Assembly (NCBI GenBank): GCA_047974855.1
Contig: JBKECT010000033.1
Location: 744-64,743 of the forward strand
Direction of reading: 5' to 3'
From: Anaerorhabdus sp.
GTDB lineage: Bacteria; Bacillota_I; Bacilli_A; Erysipelotrichales; Erysipelotrichaceae
DNA length: 64,000 nucleotides
In this document: piece after piece, positions 1 to 8,785 of the stretch
Layout: each line of letters begins with the position of its first letter
Numbering within the stretch: the stretch's first letter is position 1
Notes under the pieces: generated by a model
Database searches by the model: none
Told to the model about the DNA's origin: nothing
Seen by the model: only the letters and a program-made list of their open reading frames with translations
Position numbers and translations under genes: made by a program

Positions 1-918
1 TATCTTTTTCTTGCATTTTGGACATGTATAATAGTAATACTTTTTCCCAGTCTTAGAAGTTCCATGAGTCCCAAGCAATACGCTTCCACACTTTGCACAT
101 TCTGCCACTTTTAAAAAATAATAATCATGTTCTCTTTGCTTGGGACTCATTTTCAATTGTTTAATCGCATCTAATTGAGTTTGATGATCCACAAGTGGTG
201 GAATGATATTAGAGTACTCTTTTCCTTTATATATTAACATACCAGAGTATTTCATATTGTTTATAATTCTTACTAAACGATCTCTACTTAACCGTATCCC
301 ATAACTCAAAAATATTTCATGCAATAAAATATGGATATCACACCCTTGGGCCACCGATGAAAAAATATATGTAATGATCTCTGATTTATCGATATCAATC
401 ACAATATTTTTTCCTGAGTCTCTTTTGTATCCAAAAGTACATTTTCCACCGCATGGATACCTTCCAGACTCAACAATTTGCATTAAACCATCGTTAGTTC
501 GTTCTATTGCCTTCTCACGCTCAAATTGATTAACTGTCACCTTTACATTCGCACTGAATCTATTTCCTGCAGAAGACATATTTACTTCTTCGTGTAAACA
601 CTTTAGTTCGCACTCCGCACCATTTAATATTCTAAAAAACTGTGCTGTATCAACAATATCTCTGCTTATCCTTGATAAGTCATAGGTTAATACAATCTCG
701 ACCTCCCCTTTTTTAATGTTTTCAATCATTTTCTGCATAGCAGGTCTCTCTAAAGTAGATGCACTTTTTCCATTATCAATATAAAACTTAATTTTTTCTT
801 CTGCACAAAACAAATTGACATAAGATTCAATCTGTCTCCTTTGCATTTCTAAAGATACTCCATCTGTTACTTGTTTTTGTGTAGAAACTCTAATGTATGC
901 TGCAATATTTTTTTTCAT
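1..918 (-). CDS. Large serine recombinase, N-terminal ~306 aa (C-terminus runs off the left edge)
   Basis: Missing from the ORF track because it stays open to base 1. My translation from the ATG at 918: MKKNIAAYIRVSTQKQVTDGVSLEMQ... (resolvase catalytic-Ser motif YIRVST), ...LTYDLSRISRD..., a recombinase domain, then zinc-ribbon-like CAKCGS...YYYYTCPKCKKKI. RBS AGAGGAAG lies upstream. Confidence 0.8.
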   Translation of the reverse strand, partial: MKKNIAAYIRVSTQKQVTDGVSLEMQRRQIESYVNLFCAEEKIKFYIDNGKSASTLERPAMQKMIENIKKGEVEIVLTYDLSRISRDIVDTAQFFRILNGAECELKCLHEEVNMSSAGNRFSANVKVTVNQFEREKAIERTNDGLMQIVESGRYPCGGKCTFGYKRDSGKNIVIDIDKSEIITYIFSSVAQGCDIHILLHEIFLSYGIRLSRDRLVRIINNMKYSGMLIYKGKEYSNIIPPLVDHQTQLDAIKQLKMSPKQREHDYYFLKVAECAKCGSVLLGTHGTSKTGKKYYYYTCPKCKKKI

Positions 919-1036
919 TTTTCTTCCTCTTTTCTAATGATATTATATTTTATTTCACCTCAAATTTATTTAATAAAGCGGCGAGCAAAAGATAAGAGCC
1001 ATTCCTGCGTTTTTAAATAGTGAAGTGAGCTTGCGG

Positions 1037-1059
1037 GGTGTGGTATAATACACCACACC
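1037..1059. promoter_or_regulatory. Operator-like palindrome GGTGTGGT-N7-ACCACACC upstream of the recombinase gene
   Basis: 8-bp perfect arms at 1037-1044 and 1052-1059. The centre overlaps a TGGTATAAT box. The half-site TGTGGTAT recurs at 24437-24444. Confidence 0.35.
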
Positions 1060-1129
1060 TAGAGCAATAAGCAAACTATTTAAAAACAGTGGAGGGGAAT
1101 GTGCGAATTATGTTTGCGAGCCGCCGAAT

Positions 1130-1149
1130 AAAAAAAGCCCCTAAGGGCT
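1130..1149 (-). terminator. Rho-independent terminator after CDS 1148..1525
   Basis: Minus strand reads AGCCC-TTAG-GGGCT followed by TTTTTTT. The hairpin overlaps the stop codon. Confidence 0.5.
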
Positions 1150-1525
1150 ATTTAACTTCACTTGCTTGCTTATACTCGTTTAATAACGTTGCAAAATCGC
1201 TATCCTTACCAGCGTATTTCTCTAGCAACTCCAAGTTTTTAATCACATCTATCTTATCTTTCATGATACGTTCTAGTTGTGCTTTCTGCATTTTCGCTTG
1301 TTTGCGTGCATGCCATTCTGTTAAGTTCATAACGTGGAGTATTTTGTCTACTTCCTTGCCACTCACAAGAGCCGTATACTCACAAACTGGCTCTAGTACT
1401 TTAGCACTAACCACTTCGCCCATATAATTGGAAATAATAACGATACTATTCTTCTCCAATTCTATGGTATGGGATACCAAGTACACTTCTTCACTCTCAA
1501 TTGTTTCTACATTGTAATACTTCAT
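1148..1525 (-). CDS. Hypothetical protein (125 aa)
   Basis: ORF track entry. RBS-like AGAGGTGA precedes the ATG and a terminator follows. No family recognised. Confidence 0.6.
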   Translation of the reverse strand: MKYYNVETIESEEVYLVSHTIELEKNSIVIISNYMGEVVSAKVLEPVCEYTALVSGKEVDKILHVMNLTEWHARKQAKMQKAQLERIMKDKIDVIKNLELLEKYAGKDSDFATLLNEYKQASEVK

Positions 1526-1536
1526 AAATCACCTCT

Positions 1537-1556
1537 ATACTGCAAATATGCAGTAT
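1537..1556. promoter_or_regulatory. Operator-like palindrome ATACTGCA-AATA-TGCAGTAT
   Basis: 8-bp perfect arms immediately upstream of the RBS of CDS 1148..1525. A related palindrome, ACTGCAT-T-ATGCAGT, lies at 24384-24398. Confidence 0.4.
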
Positions 1557-1560
1557 CTTT

Positions 1561-1812
1561 CTAGTGAACCCCTGTTCACGCAAACGAACGGTGCACGGCT
1601 TTAGTTGAATAGGTTAAATCAACCGATTGAGCTTTGTACTTGCAAAGCCCTTGACAGTTCTGTCAAGGGTACAAAGAGAAATCGATAAGTTGATTTGTTC
1701 TATTCAGCAAAGCATAAGCGAAATAAAAGCAAGGGCTTGCTTGTTAGCGTTGCGTACCCTTGCTTTTATGATAGCGACGTGCAAAGGTGAAGCGTGAACA
1801 GGGGTTCTCTAG
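1561..1812. other. About 250-nt GC-enriched multi-hairpin element closed by a ~20-bp helix; candidate single-strand origin (sso) or structured ncRNA
   Basis: Closing helix 1566-1581 with 1792-1807 (16 perfect bp, plus CTAG/CTAG outside it). Internal hairpins: 1648-1656 with 1661-1669, 1632-1638 with 1670-1676, and 1723-1735 with 1757-1769 (13 bp), whose 21-nt loop contains TAGCGT at 1745-1750. No ORF. It lies between a terminator and the next gene. Confidence 0.4.
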
Positions 1813-1835
1813 AATGACCAACCACCCTAAGATAA

Positions 1836-1870
1836 TAAAAAAAGAGAGTGTTGGATTTCCCCAACACTCT
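1836..1870 (-). terminator. Rho-independent terminator after the coupling-protein gene
   Basis: Minus strand reads AGAGTGTTGG-GGAAAT-CCAACACTCT followed by a T-run, 5 nt after the stop at 1875. Confidence 0.7.
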
Positions 1871-1874
1871 GCAG

Positions 1875-3866
1875 TTAAAGATCAGATAAATTTGTATTCT
1901 TTCCTTTAAATTTTTTTGCCCCAACACTATCGAGTTCCCTTTTTCTTTCTTTCATCATCATTGCTTTAATATCAATGATGCTGATTTTTTCAAAAACTGC
2001 TCTCCTTTCAAAATCATAGGTCACCTTCTTAGGTGCAAAACTATATCGATAAAAAGGAGGCAACTTGATCATAAAAGGATCCCACTCATTACTCACTATC
2101 ACAGATCTACCCTTCTCCAAAAGATTTAATCGCCTCTCAGTGATTAAATCACGCTCTTCATACTGCTTTTTCTTCTTGTTATAGTATAGTTCTTTACCAC
2201 ACTCCTTCACAAAGAAATTCTTTGTTTCATCACTTGATGCTCCTAAAAAGATCTTATTAGCATTATTATCGATGATTGTCTCAGTAATGTCATCACCATA
2301 TTTATTTGCTAGTTGAGAGACACTTTGTACAAAAGCTAAAAAGGTGATGTTGTACCCTCTTGAAACTGTATACATACTTACGATCTCCTTAAAAGCGGGT
2401 AAAACTGCAAGTTCATCTAGATAGATTTTATATGGATACTTGAGTTTTTTATTGTGCTGTTGTTCAGCAACCATTACCGCAATCTCATAAAACTGAGTAA
2501 TAAAAGCTGTTACCAATGGATAGAACGTCCCTTTAGAAGACTGAGTCATTAAAAACACAGCTGTCTTTTGATTAAACAGTTTTCGAACATCAACCCCCTT
2601 CGGGCCAGATGTCATATTGACAATATCTTGATTCATCACTAATGATCGTATCTTGTTGTTAAAAACGGCATTCATTGATGCCAAGGTAACTTCTTTCATT
2701 GTCATATATCCAGATAATTTTAACCAACTTGAATCATCTTTTCTTCTATTTTTCATCATGAAACGCTTTAGGGTGTCTTGATCATCGAATAAAGCTTTTA
2801 CAGATAGTATATTGATATTTTCTTCATTCCCTTCTTCAAATAATAATATCAATCCACCTGCAAGCATATCGGCAGAACCCTGCCACCACATTGGTTGCTT
2901 CGCATCTTCTTCATAACATATATTTAACGCGAAGTCAGAAAGTAGCTCTATCGGTTTACTCATATTACAATCTCTAAAAGTTGCTTCTGGATGGACTTCT
3001 CTTTCTTTTTCTAAAATCTCACACCATAAGTCCCAAGCGAGTTTGATTGGATTCCAACAATCGCCCTCCAGCGGGGTATTAAAATCAAAAATTATAACCT
3101 CATAGCCATTATCTTTTAACTTTTGATATGTATTTGCACATAGCTCTTTTTTTGTATCGTGAACAATTATTGACTCTCCAGCATCGATGCTAGAGTTAAT
3201 CATTGTCAGTACAAACGTCATCGACTTCCCACGCCCTGTAGACCCCACGAATAACGTATGAGTGTTTGAAGGAAGATAATATACCTTATTATACTTCCCA
3301 AAAAAGTAACAACTTCTATATGCAAGCAGCGGGGTTCCAGCACAATGATGTTGCTTTCCATTGAAGGAATCCCAAGTCTGCAGCCTATTCCATTTTTTAG
3401 GTTGCGGCCAAAGAAAATGATCCGCAATTTTATTTTGCAGAGTTGCAAATGGATACCACAATTTATCCCATAGACACTCTAATCTAAACCTTGTTACTTC
3501 CCCTTTTGAGTTATAACATACCCTAACACATCCTCTTTTTCTTTTTCTATTTGTCATCCATCTTGTATAGTTTTCTTTTTCATATTGGCTTCTAAACTTA
3601 CGTATATTTGCACCACCAATGCCCATCACTACCAGTATAAGCGATATCATACTCACTAAAAAAAGCATACTCATCGTTACCCCATCTTGTATATACAATT
3701 CAAAATTAAAGTAAGGCATCGATTTATATGCAGCAATTACATCTTCAGATACGTATAGAACATTAAGAACCTGCAATCCTACAAAGAAAACAGTAAAGCA
3801 AGCTATAAGCGACAATATAATTCTAATAACCAAATTGATCCTCCTCTCTATTGTAAAAGTTATCAA
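1875..3866 (-). CDS. virD4: Type IV coupling protein (VirD4/TraG family)
   Basis: N-terminal TM segments, Walker A in LFVGSTGRGKSMTF, Walker-B-like IYLDELAVLP, 663 aa. Directly downstream of the relaxase gene, which it overlaps. Confidence 0.85.
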   Translation of the reverse strand: MITFTIERRINLVIRIILSLIACFTVFFVGLQVLNVLYVSEDVIAAYKSMPYFNFELYIQDGVTMSMLFLVSMISLILVVMGIGGANIRKFRSQYEKENYTRWMTNRKRKRGCVRVCYNSKGEVTRFRLECLWDKLWYPFATLQNKIADHFLWPQPKKWNRLQTWDSFNGKQHHCAGTPLLAYRSCYFFGKYNKVYYLPSNTHTLFVGSTGRGKSMTFVLTMINSSIDAGESIIVHDTKKELCANTYQKLKDNGYEVIIFDFNTPLEGDCWNPIKLAWDLWCEILEKEREVHPEATFRDCNMSKPIELLSDFALNICYEEDAKQPMWWQGSADMLAGGLILLFEEGNEENINILSVKALFDDQDTLKRFMMKNRRKDDSSWLKLSGYMTMKEVTLASMNAVFNNKIRSLVMNQDIVNMTSGPKGVDVRKLFNQKTAVFLMTQSSKGTFYPLVTAFITQFYEIAVMVAEQQHNKKLKYPYKIYLDELAVLPAFKEIVSMYTVSRGYNITFLAFVQSVSQLANKYGDDITETIIDNNANKIFLGASSDETKNFFVKECGKELYYNKKKKQYEERDLITERRLNLLEKGRSVIVSNEWDPFMIKLPPFYRYSFAPKKVTYDFERRAVFEKISIIDIKAMMMKERKRELDSVGAKKFKGKNTNLSDL

Positions 3867-5073
3867 TATCTTGTTGGATTTGTGCTTTCTTCATCCAACT
3901 TACTCTTTTTGTCAATTGACCTAAAGAGAACTCTAACGCAGCAACTCTATGCTTATTTTTTTTATATGACTTTTTATTTTTTATAGCTTTATCAACAGTA
4001 TTGACTTTCGATAGATCCCAGTCCTTTTTAAGCGATAGAATATAGTTGCCTATTTCTTTTTTCAACTTCTTCATTTCTACATCTTCAAAATTGCTATATT
4101 TAGAATTAAGTTTATTTTGTGTTAATTTGTCAAACTCCTGCAGCAAACCCTTAAACTCTTTTGCTTTTTTTTCTATCTGTGGATGCCTTAGAATATCTTC
4201 AGTTATCGAATCAATTCTAGTCCTAAACGATCTCATATTAGAAGATCCATACTGTAACCTTCCACCCACCGTAGACCTATCAATACTTATAAAAAGTCGC
4301 TCGATTTTATTTGAAATTGAATTATCTAGATTTTGTGCAATTGCATCAATCATCGTTTCTTTTAGATCACTTCTAAGTATATCTTTATTCTTAAAGAGCT
4401 CATTTTTATCTACCGATATTCCTTTAATTGCATTCATTCTCTTGTCTGCCTCATTTATAATTAATCCTTTAAAGTACTCCAAATCTTTCGGTTTAAACGT
4501 TCCTTTCCTTCTAGTTTTTTCTTTTTCTAAGAAAACTAAATGCGTATGCGGATGCGATTTGTCGGTATGTACATCAAACCACCAAATCATATTTTTAGGA
4601 TCCATCCCTACACGCTGAAAAAACTTGGGTAAGACTTTTTGGAACACAGCAGCATAGTCTTCATCATTCAAAAGTCCATATTGTTCTGCAGTAAAATAGT
4701 CTTTAAAACTTGTCACAGGTAACCAAGCTAAATCCCCTTCCTTAGAAAAAAACTGTTGAATAGATCGTTTGAAATTTTCTCTTTCATCTTTATCTGATAT
4801 CCACCCACCATTTGTAAATGTCTTTATTTCAACTTCATCATCTCCTCTTGATGAAGTTCTAGAAGTATATCCCAGATATCCATCAATAAACTCCAGTTCA
4901 GATTTTCCAATCTCTTCTTGAATATCATTTCTTGAATCTTGCCGTGCTGTATAGCTACCATATCCTAAAAGAGAATCTGAGTTGACTTCTCCTTTAATTT
5001 TTAGTTTAGTAGGAAACGGTTTCCCGTATTCAACAAACATCATCATATTGACAATATCAGCCATTTTCATCAA
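3823..5073 (-). CDS. Conjugative relaxase
   Basis: His-triad motif VHTDKSHPHTHLV (HxDxxxPHxH). N-terminal Tyr-bearing motifs LGYGSYTARQ and LGYTSRTS. Sits between RHH accessory genes and the coupling-protein gene. Confidence 0.75.
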   Translation of the reverse strand: MMKMADIVNMMMFVEYGKPFPTKLKIKGEVNSDSLLGYGSYTARQDSRNDIQEEIGKSELEFIDGYLGYTSRTSSRGDDEVEIKTFTNGGWISDKDERENFKRSIQQFFSKEGDLAWLPVTSFKDYFTAEQYGLLNDEDYAAVFQKVLPKFFQRVGMDPKNMIWWFDVHTDKSHPHTHLVFLEKEKTRRKGTFKPKDLEYFKGLIINEADKRMNAIKGISVDKNELFKNKDILRSDLKETMIDAIAQNLDNSISNKIERLFISIDRSTVGGRLQYGSSNMRSFRTRIDSITEDILRHPQIEKKAKEFKGLLQEFDKLTQNKLNSKYSNFEDVEMKKLKKEIGNYILSLKKDWDLSKVNTVDKAIKNKKSYKKNKHRVAALEFSLGQLTKRVSWMKKAQIQQDIDNFYNREEDQFGY

Positions 5074-5461
5074 CTACTTTCAATGCTGCTTCAGTATATT
5101 TAAGTGAGTTTTTGATTTTTTCCTTCGCTGTACCTGCATCAGATATATTCGCCATAGATATCAAACACATCTCCAATAGAATAGAAATCACTCTTTGATT
5201 TCTATTTAAATCATTAAACATTATTGCCATCTCTTCTATTTGTTGTTTCATTAATAAAGAGAGTTGATTAAAGATAACCTCTTCGACACGATCAAACTGC
5301 ATTAATAAATAATTTGAATTAATTTTGTTATCGTAAAGACTTTGGACTGCCTCTTCGATCACTTTATTTTCTGAGCTACCCATATACCCTTTTAGTTCGC
5401 TAAGTAATAGTTCACTGTTTTCTGATAGTCTAAATAGTTTACTTTTTTTCTCTGATTTCAT
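5057..5461 (-). CDS. Small relaxosome-accessory-like protein (ribbon-helix-helix-like N-terminus)
   Basis: KLFRLSENSELLLSELKGYM... fits a beta-strand-plus-helix RHH pattern. Position is immediately upstream of the relaxase. Confidence 0.45.
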   Translation of the reverse strand: MKSEKKSKLFRLSENSELLLSELKGYMGSSENKVIEEAVQSLYDNKINSNYLLMQFDRVEEVIFNQLSLLMKQQIEEMAIMFNDLNRNQRVISILLEMCLISMANISDAGTAKEKIKNSLKYTEAALKVVDENG

Positions 5462-5855
5462 ACTCTATCTCCTTTGCCAAATTTGAAAAAATCATTTCTT
5501 TTGATTCATCTTCAAGTTCTTCTGTATCGACTTCGATAAACTCTAGCATGTGATTAATCAACAAAGTATTCGCTTGATTTAATTTATTAGAATGCTGCAA
5601 GGCTAAATTAATTTGCTTAAAGTTTTTTGTATTCTCTGCTTCAAACCGTGTCACTATTTTTTTTAAAAGTTGTTCAATGTATCCTTCTGAAATTGTGTCA
5701 GATTTCATTTTTTCGTGATAGTCATCGATAATAATCTTTATCACATCAGTGTCATTTAGTTTAATATTTTCGTACTCTTTTTTTCGTTGGATTGACTTTT
5801 TTATTTCTCTTAATTTTTCTATGTACTGTTCATTTAGTCGATAGTTTTTTATCAT
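5439..5855 (-). CDS. Small relaxosome-accessory-like or regulatory protein (RHH-like)
   Basis: The ORF track gives 5439..5936. I moved the start to MIKNYRLNEQYIEKLREIK, which has a GGGAGG RBS about 9 nt upstream. The longer form would read through the operator repeats. Confidence 0.45.
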   Translation of the reverse strand: MIKNYRLNEQYIEKLREIKKSIQRKKEYENIKLNDTDVIKIIIDDYHEKMKSDTISEGYIEQLLKKIVTRFEAENTKNFKQINLALQHSNKLNQANTLLINHMLEFIEVDTEELEDESKEMIFSNLAKEIEYEIREKK

Positions 5856-5904
5856 TTTTCTTTTTCCTCCCTTCTTCATATTTGTGTTTTTTGGTGTAAT
5901 ACAA

Positions 5905-5958
5905 AGTGATATCATCCCAAAAATGAGTGATATCACTTTTTCAAAAAAGTGATATCAT
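5905..5958. promoter_or_regulatory. Three AGTGATATCA(Y) palindromic boxes spaced 21-22 bp apart (operator array)
   Basis: Copies at 5905-5915, 5926-5936 and 5948-5958, core GTGATATCAC. Located just upstream of the RHH-relaxase operon. Confidence 0.55.
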
Positions 5959-6003
5959 TGAAAAAGTCTTTTAAAACTGCCCGTTGGGCTGTTTTTCACA
6001 CGG

Positions 6004-6098
6004 AGTGCTTTACACCATGTAAAGCACTTTCCCTTATGCTCGTTATTTTCATTTTTCAACATTTTATTAAAAATCTACAGAAAGCACTATTGTAGATT
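6004..6098. other. Candidate oriT region (two inverted repeats sharing AAAGCACT)
   Basis: IR1 is AGTGCTTTACA-CCA-TGTAAAGCACT at 6004-6028. IR2 is AATCTACA-N11-TGTAGATT at 6072-6098. Non-coding DNA between ssb/ardC and the relaxase operon. Confidence 0.3.
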
Positions 6099-6146
6099 GC
6101 AGTTCTATTTTTCATTTTTTGTTTTCTCCTGTCTTGTTGTTTTTTT

Positions 6147-6179
6147 TCAAAAAATTGCTCGGGGCAACTTGCCCCGAGC
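6147..6179 (-). terminator. Rho-independent terminator built on a copy of the GGGGCAA-N-TTGCCCC palindrome
   Basis: Minus strand reads GCTCGGGGC-AAGTT-GCCCCGAGC followed by AATTTTTT, downstream of CDS 6204..6410. Confidence 0.6.
6161..6175. repeat. GGGGCAACTTGCCCC palindrome (outlying copy)
   Basis: Perfect 7-1-7 palindrome. The only copy followed by a T-run. Confidence 0.9.
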
Positions 6180-6203
6180 TTTGCTAACTATTTTATTTTT
6201 TTA

Positions 6204-6410
6204 CTACACTTGCTGAATTTTTTGTATTAAATCATCATACGACAAATTTTTTTGATGCATCAATTTTTCAAATTCTTTACGCTTCGCTTCACCTATTTGC
6301 TCAATTATTTCTTTCCGAAAATCTTCCAACTCGCTAATTTTTTTTTTCAAATTCCTTATTTGCTCATTGTTTTTATCTAAACTTCTATTTAATTTTTCTA
6401 ACTTATTCAT
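6204..6410 (-). CDS. Small coiled-coil protein (68 aa)
   Basis: ORF track entry. Charged heptad-like sequence. Overlaps the end of ssb. Confidence 0.5.
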   Translation of the reverse strand: MNKLEKLNRSLDKNNEQIRNLKKKISELEDFRKEIIEQIGEAKRKEFEKLMHQKNLSYDDLIQKIQQV

Positions 6411-6753
6411 CTTCTTCTTCCTCCGAGAAAAGGTCCATCTGACCTCCAGTTACTTTATCTGTGACATTTATAAATTCTATATTATCGATAAGTACAAATG
6501 TATTTCTGAATTTTATTTTATCCTTATTGGTATATTCGTTTACTTTGAGTCTACCAAGGATTTCTACAAAATCACCTTTCCCAAGCATTTCTTGAATTAC
6601 TTCTGCAATTCTTCCCCAGGCAACACAGCGAATAAAATCTCTTGCCTTTCCTGATTTACAGATGAGACTGAACTGAACCCCTTTATTATCTTCATTTCCT
6701 ATTACTTCTATATTTGTACAAATTTTTCCTACTAAAATTGCTCTAGCTGACAT
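6403..6753 (-). CDS. ssb: Single-stranded DNA-binding protein
   Basis: OB-fold pattern AILVGKI...DFIRCVAWGRIAEVIQEMLGKGDFVEILGRLKVNEYTNKD and an acidic tail DLFSEEEEDE. Confidence 0.7.
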   Translation of the reverse strand: MSARAILVGKICTNIEVIGNEDNKGVQFSLICKSGKARDFIRCVAWGRIAEVIQEMLGKGDFVEILGRLKVNEYTNKDKIKFRNTFVLIDNIEFINVTDKVTGGQMDLFSEEEEDE

Positions 6754-8716
6754 TTATTTCTTCTCCTCTCTCAATATTTATTTTGGTTTTTTTTAAATCT
6801 TCGTTCCAATCTTTTTCAATTGGCGTATCATAAAAGAATGCCACGCATGGATATTCTTCTTGCATTTTTTCAATGACCATCTTTGTAATCTGTTCTCCAC
6901 TTCTGTCGTTGTCTAACGCTAGTACTATTTCATCTACTTCTTTTTTTCTTTCATTCATATAGTAATATATTGCTAGCTCAACATTAATCGCACTTTGGCA
7001 AGCTAAGTAGTTATACTCTCTTTCTGGATCCTTCAACGATTGATATGACATCGCATCAATCGCACTTTCAAATACCATCAAAACTTTAGAATCTCTATGG
7101 CTATCTGCTACTATACCACAGCTCATTTTAGACCCTGCAGACATCGCTTTGTAATCTCTCTTGATTCCTCGTTTAGAATAAAACAAAGCATCACCACCTG
7201 CATCACGACCAATAAAAACCACATTATTATTTATATCTTGATAAAGAAGTTTCTCATCAATATATTCTTGCACTATTTTTTTATCGATACACCTATCGTT
7301 CACTAAATAGTCTATAACATCTTTATTTGATTCTGCTTCTGCAGGTTTTTCAAGCCTCGGATTTTCTATCTGCTCTGGTAATTTTTTATTTTCAATCTTT
7401 ACTTCACTCAACCTATTTGCTACATAGTAATCTTTTGCTCTCTGAATAGCAGTCTTAACATCTACCTCTTCAAACATCATAATAAAGTCAATTATTGTTC
7501 CGCCACGTCGCTGAGAATACCGAAAAAAGTGATTGTCTTCTGGATAGATTTTACAAGAGTCGTGCCCTTCCACTTCAAATAGCTTCCCTTTTTTTACAAG
7601 TTTAACTCCTGTATTTCTTGCATAATCTACGATTTGAATCGCTTTCTTGACTACTTTCAAGTCCACCTTGTCTGCTTCTGATTTTTGAATAGATTTTCCA
7701 TCGTCTTTTAGTTTACCTGCCTTCAATAAATCAAGTTCCTGTTTTAACTCCTGGAATTCTTCCTGAGAAAGTTTGCTTGGATCGATTTGCATAGTTCTAA
7801 TTTCTTCTAAACGTTTTTCTATCTTCTCTTCTGTTGTAATTTCTTGAATGTTATTTAAATCCATTCTACCAACAATATAGTCTGATGCTTTACTAGCATA
7901 CCCTAACGCTATCCAAAACAGTTCTTTATTCTCTTGCAATCTCTGTGCCCAAGACTGACAATATGCTGTATGATTTTCAATCATTTCACTATTCACTAAA
8001 CCAAATTCTATACCTAATAAAACACTGGTGAACTCTGCTACTAACTCTTCTTCAGCATAATTGTTTATCTTTTGAACACGTTTCTCAACCATCGCCGAAT
8101 GTCCAATTTCATGTAAAAGTGTAGAATTATAATTTGCTTCATCAATAAAATCCCCAGCGGGTGGCATTGTAATCCTATCCAGTTCTGGATAGTATGCAGC
8201 TGCATCAGAAAGCACAACTTCAATCTCTTCAGTCTTTAAATAATTTTCAATTGCAGCTTTGGTATAATGATCTGTAATGTTCATCACTTCTAAATCTAGT
8301 TCTTCAATCTCTTCAATTTGTGATGCGTTAAAAACCGTGAAAAAGTTCATTGTCGCTTTGATATGTTCTTTCTCTTCACGAGTCATGATCTGAAATTCTT
8401 CTTTTGATACAGGTTTTTTCAACATCGTATCATATAGACTATATTTAACTAGTCGTAACCCTGATGCACCTTTTTTTACACGTAAGCCTTTCTTCTTTGC
8501 TTGCTCAAAAGTCATCCATCGTGGATCATTATAACCTCTCGCAATCGAATACAATTCAAGTAACAATTGATTTCTTCCTCTATAATTATTACCAGTCGTA
8601 TAATTGTAGTGTTTGTAATTTGTAGTCCATGTTTTTTTCCATGGGATCCTTTTATTATCCAAAGACTCGATAATCTCTCCCAAAATCTGTTCCTTAATTT
8701 TATCTTTAAAGTTCAT
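6743..8716 (-). CDS. ArdC-like ssDNA-binding domain, zincin metalloprotease and Toprim/primase-like fusion protein
   Basis: N-terminus IPWKKTW...NYRGRNQLLL...DPRWMTFEQAKKKG is ArdC-N-like. HEIGH is a zincin motif. The C-terminus has VFESAIDAMSY and LALDNDRSGEQ, which are Toprim-like. Confidence 0.7.
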   Translation of the reverse strand: MNFKDKIKEQILGEIIESLDNKRIPWKKTWTTNYKHYNYTTGNNYRGRNQLLLELYSIARGYNDPRWMTFEQAKKKGLRVKKGASGLRLVKYSLYDTMLKKPVSKEEFQIMTREEKEHIKATMNFFTVFNASQIEEIEELDLEVMNITDHYTKAAIENYLKTEEIEVVLSDAAAYYPELDRITMPPAGDFIDEANYNSTLLHEIGHSAMVEKRVQKINNYAEEELVAEFTSVLLGIEFGLVNSEMIENHTAYCQSWAQRLQENKELFWIALGYASKASDYIVGRMDLNNIQEITTEEKIEKRLEEIRTMQIDPSKLSQEEFQELKQELDLLKAGKLKDDGKSIQKSEADKVDLKVVKKAIQIVDYARNTGVKLVKKGKLFEVEGHDSCKIYPEDNHFFRYSQRRGGTIIDFIMMFEEVDVKTAIQRAKDYYVANRLSEVKIENKKLPEQIENPRLEKPAEAESNKDVIDYLVNDRCIDKKIVQEYIDEKLLYQDINNNVVFIGRDAGGDALFYSKRGIKRDYKAMSAGSKMSCGIVADSHRDSKVLMVFESAIDAMSYQSLKDPEREYNYLACQSAINVELAIYYYMNERKKEVDEIVLALDNDRSGEQITKMVIEKMQEEYPCVAFFYDTPIEKDWNEDLKKTKINIERGEEINVS

Positions 8717-8785
8717 AATACCCTCCTTTTTTACATTTCAATTCCATAACTTCTATACTTTCTCGTATTTTAAAATATCAAAAAT

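Noticed and set aside
1561-1812. Structured element as a retron msr/msd, group II intron, riboswitch or tmRNA/RNase P
   Set aside because: No reverse transcriptase or intron ORF is nearby. I could see no recognisable riboswitch or housekeeping-RNA signature sequences, and there is no regulated gene directly downstream in the right orientation. It is kept as an sso or unknown-RNA candidate only.
4046-4618. Antisense or nested ORFs from the track (1089..1427, 3218..3448, 4046..4618, 6367..6654, 9570..9896, 13646..13894, 22914..23108, 27062..27319, 45201..45644, 59458..59775, 61147..61455, 63553..63882 and similar)
   Set aside because: Each lies opposite or inside a longer ORF with clear family motifs. 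They have low-complexity or biased composition and no RBS, so they are treated as shadow ORFs.
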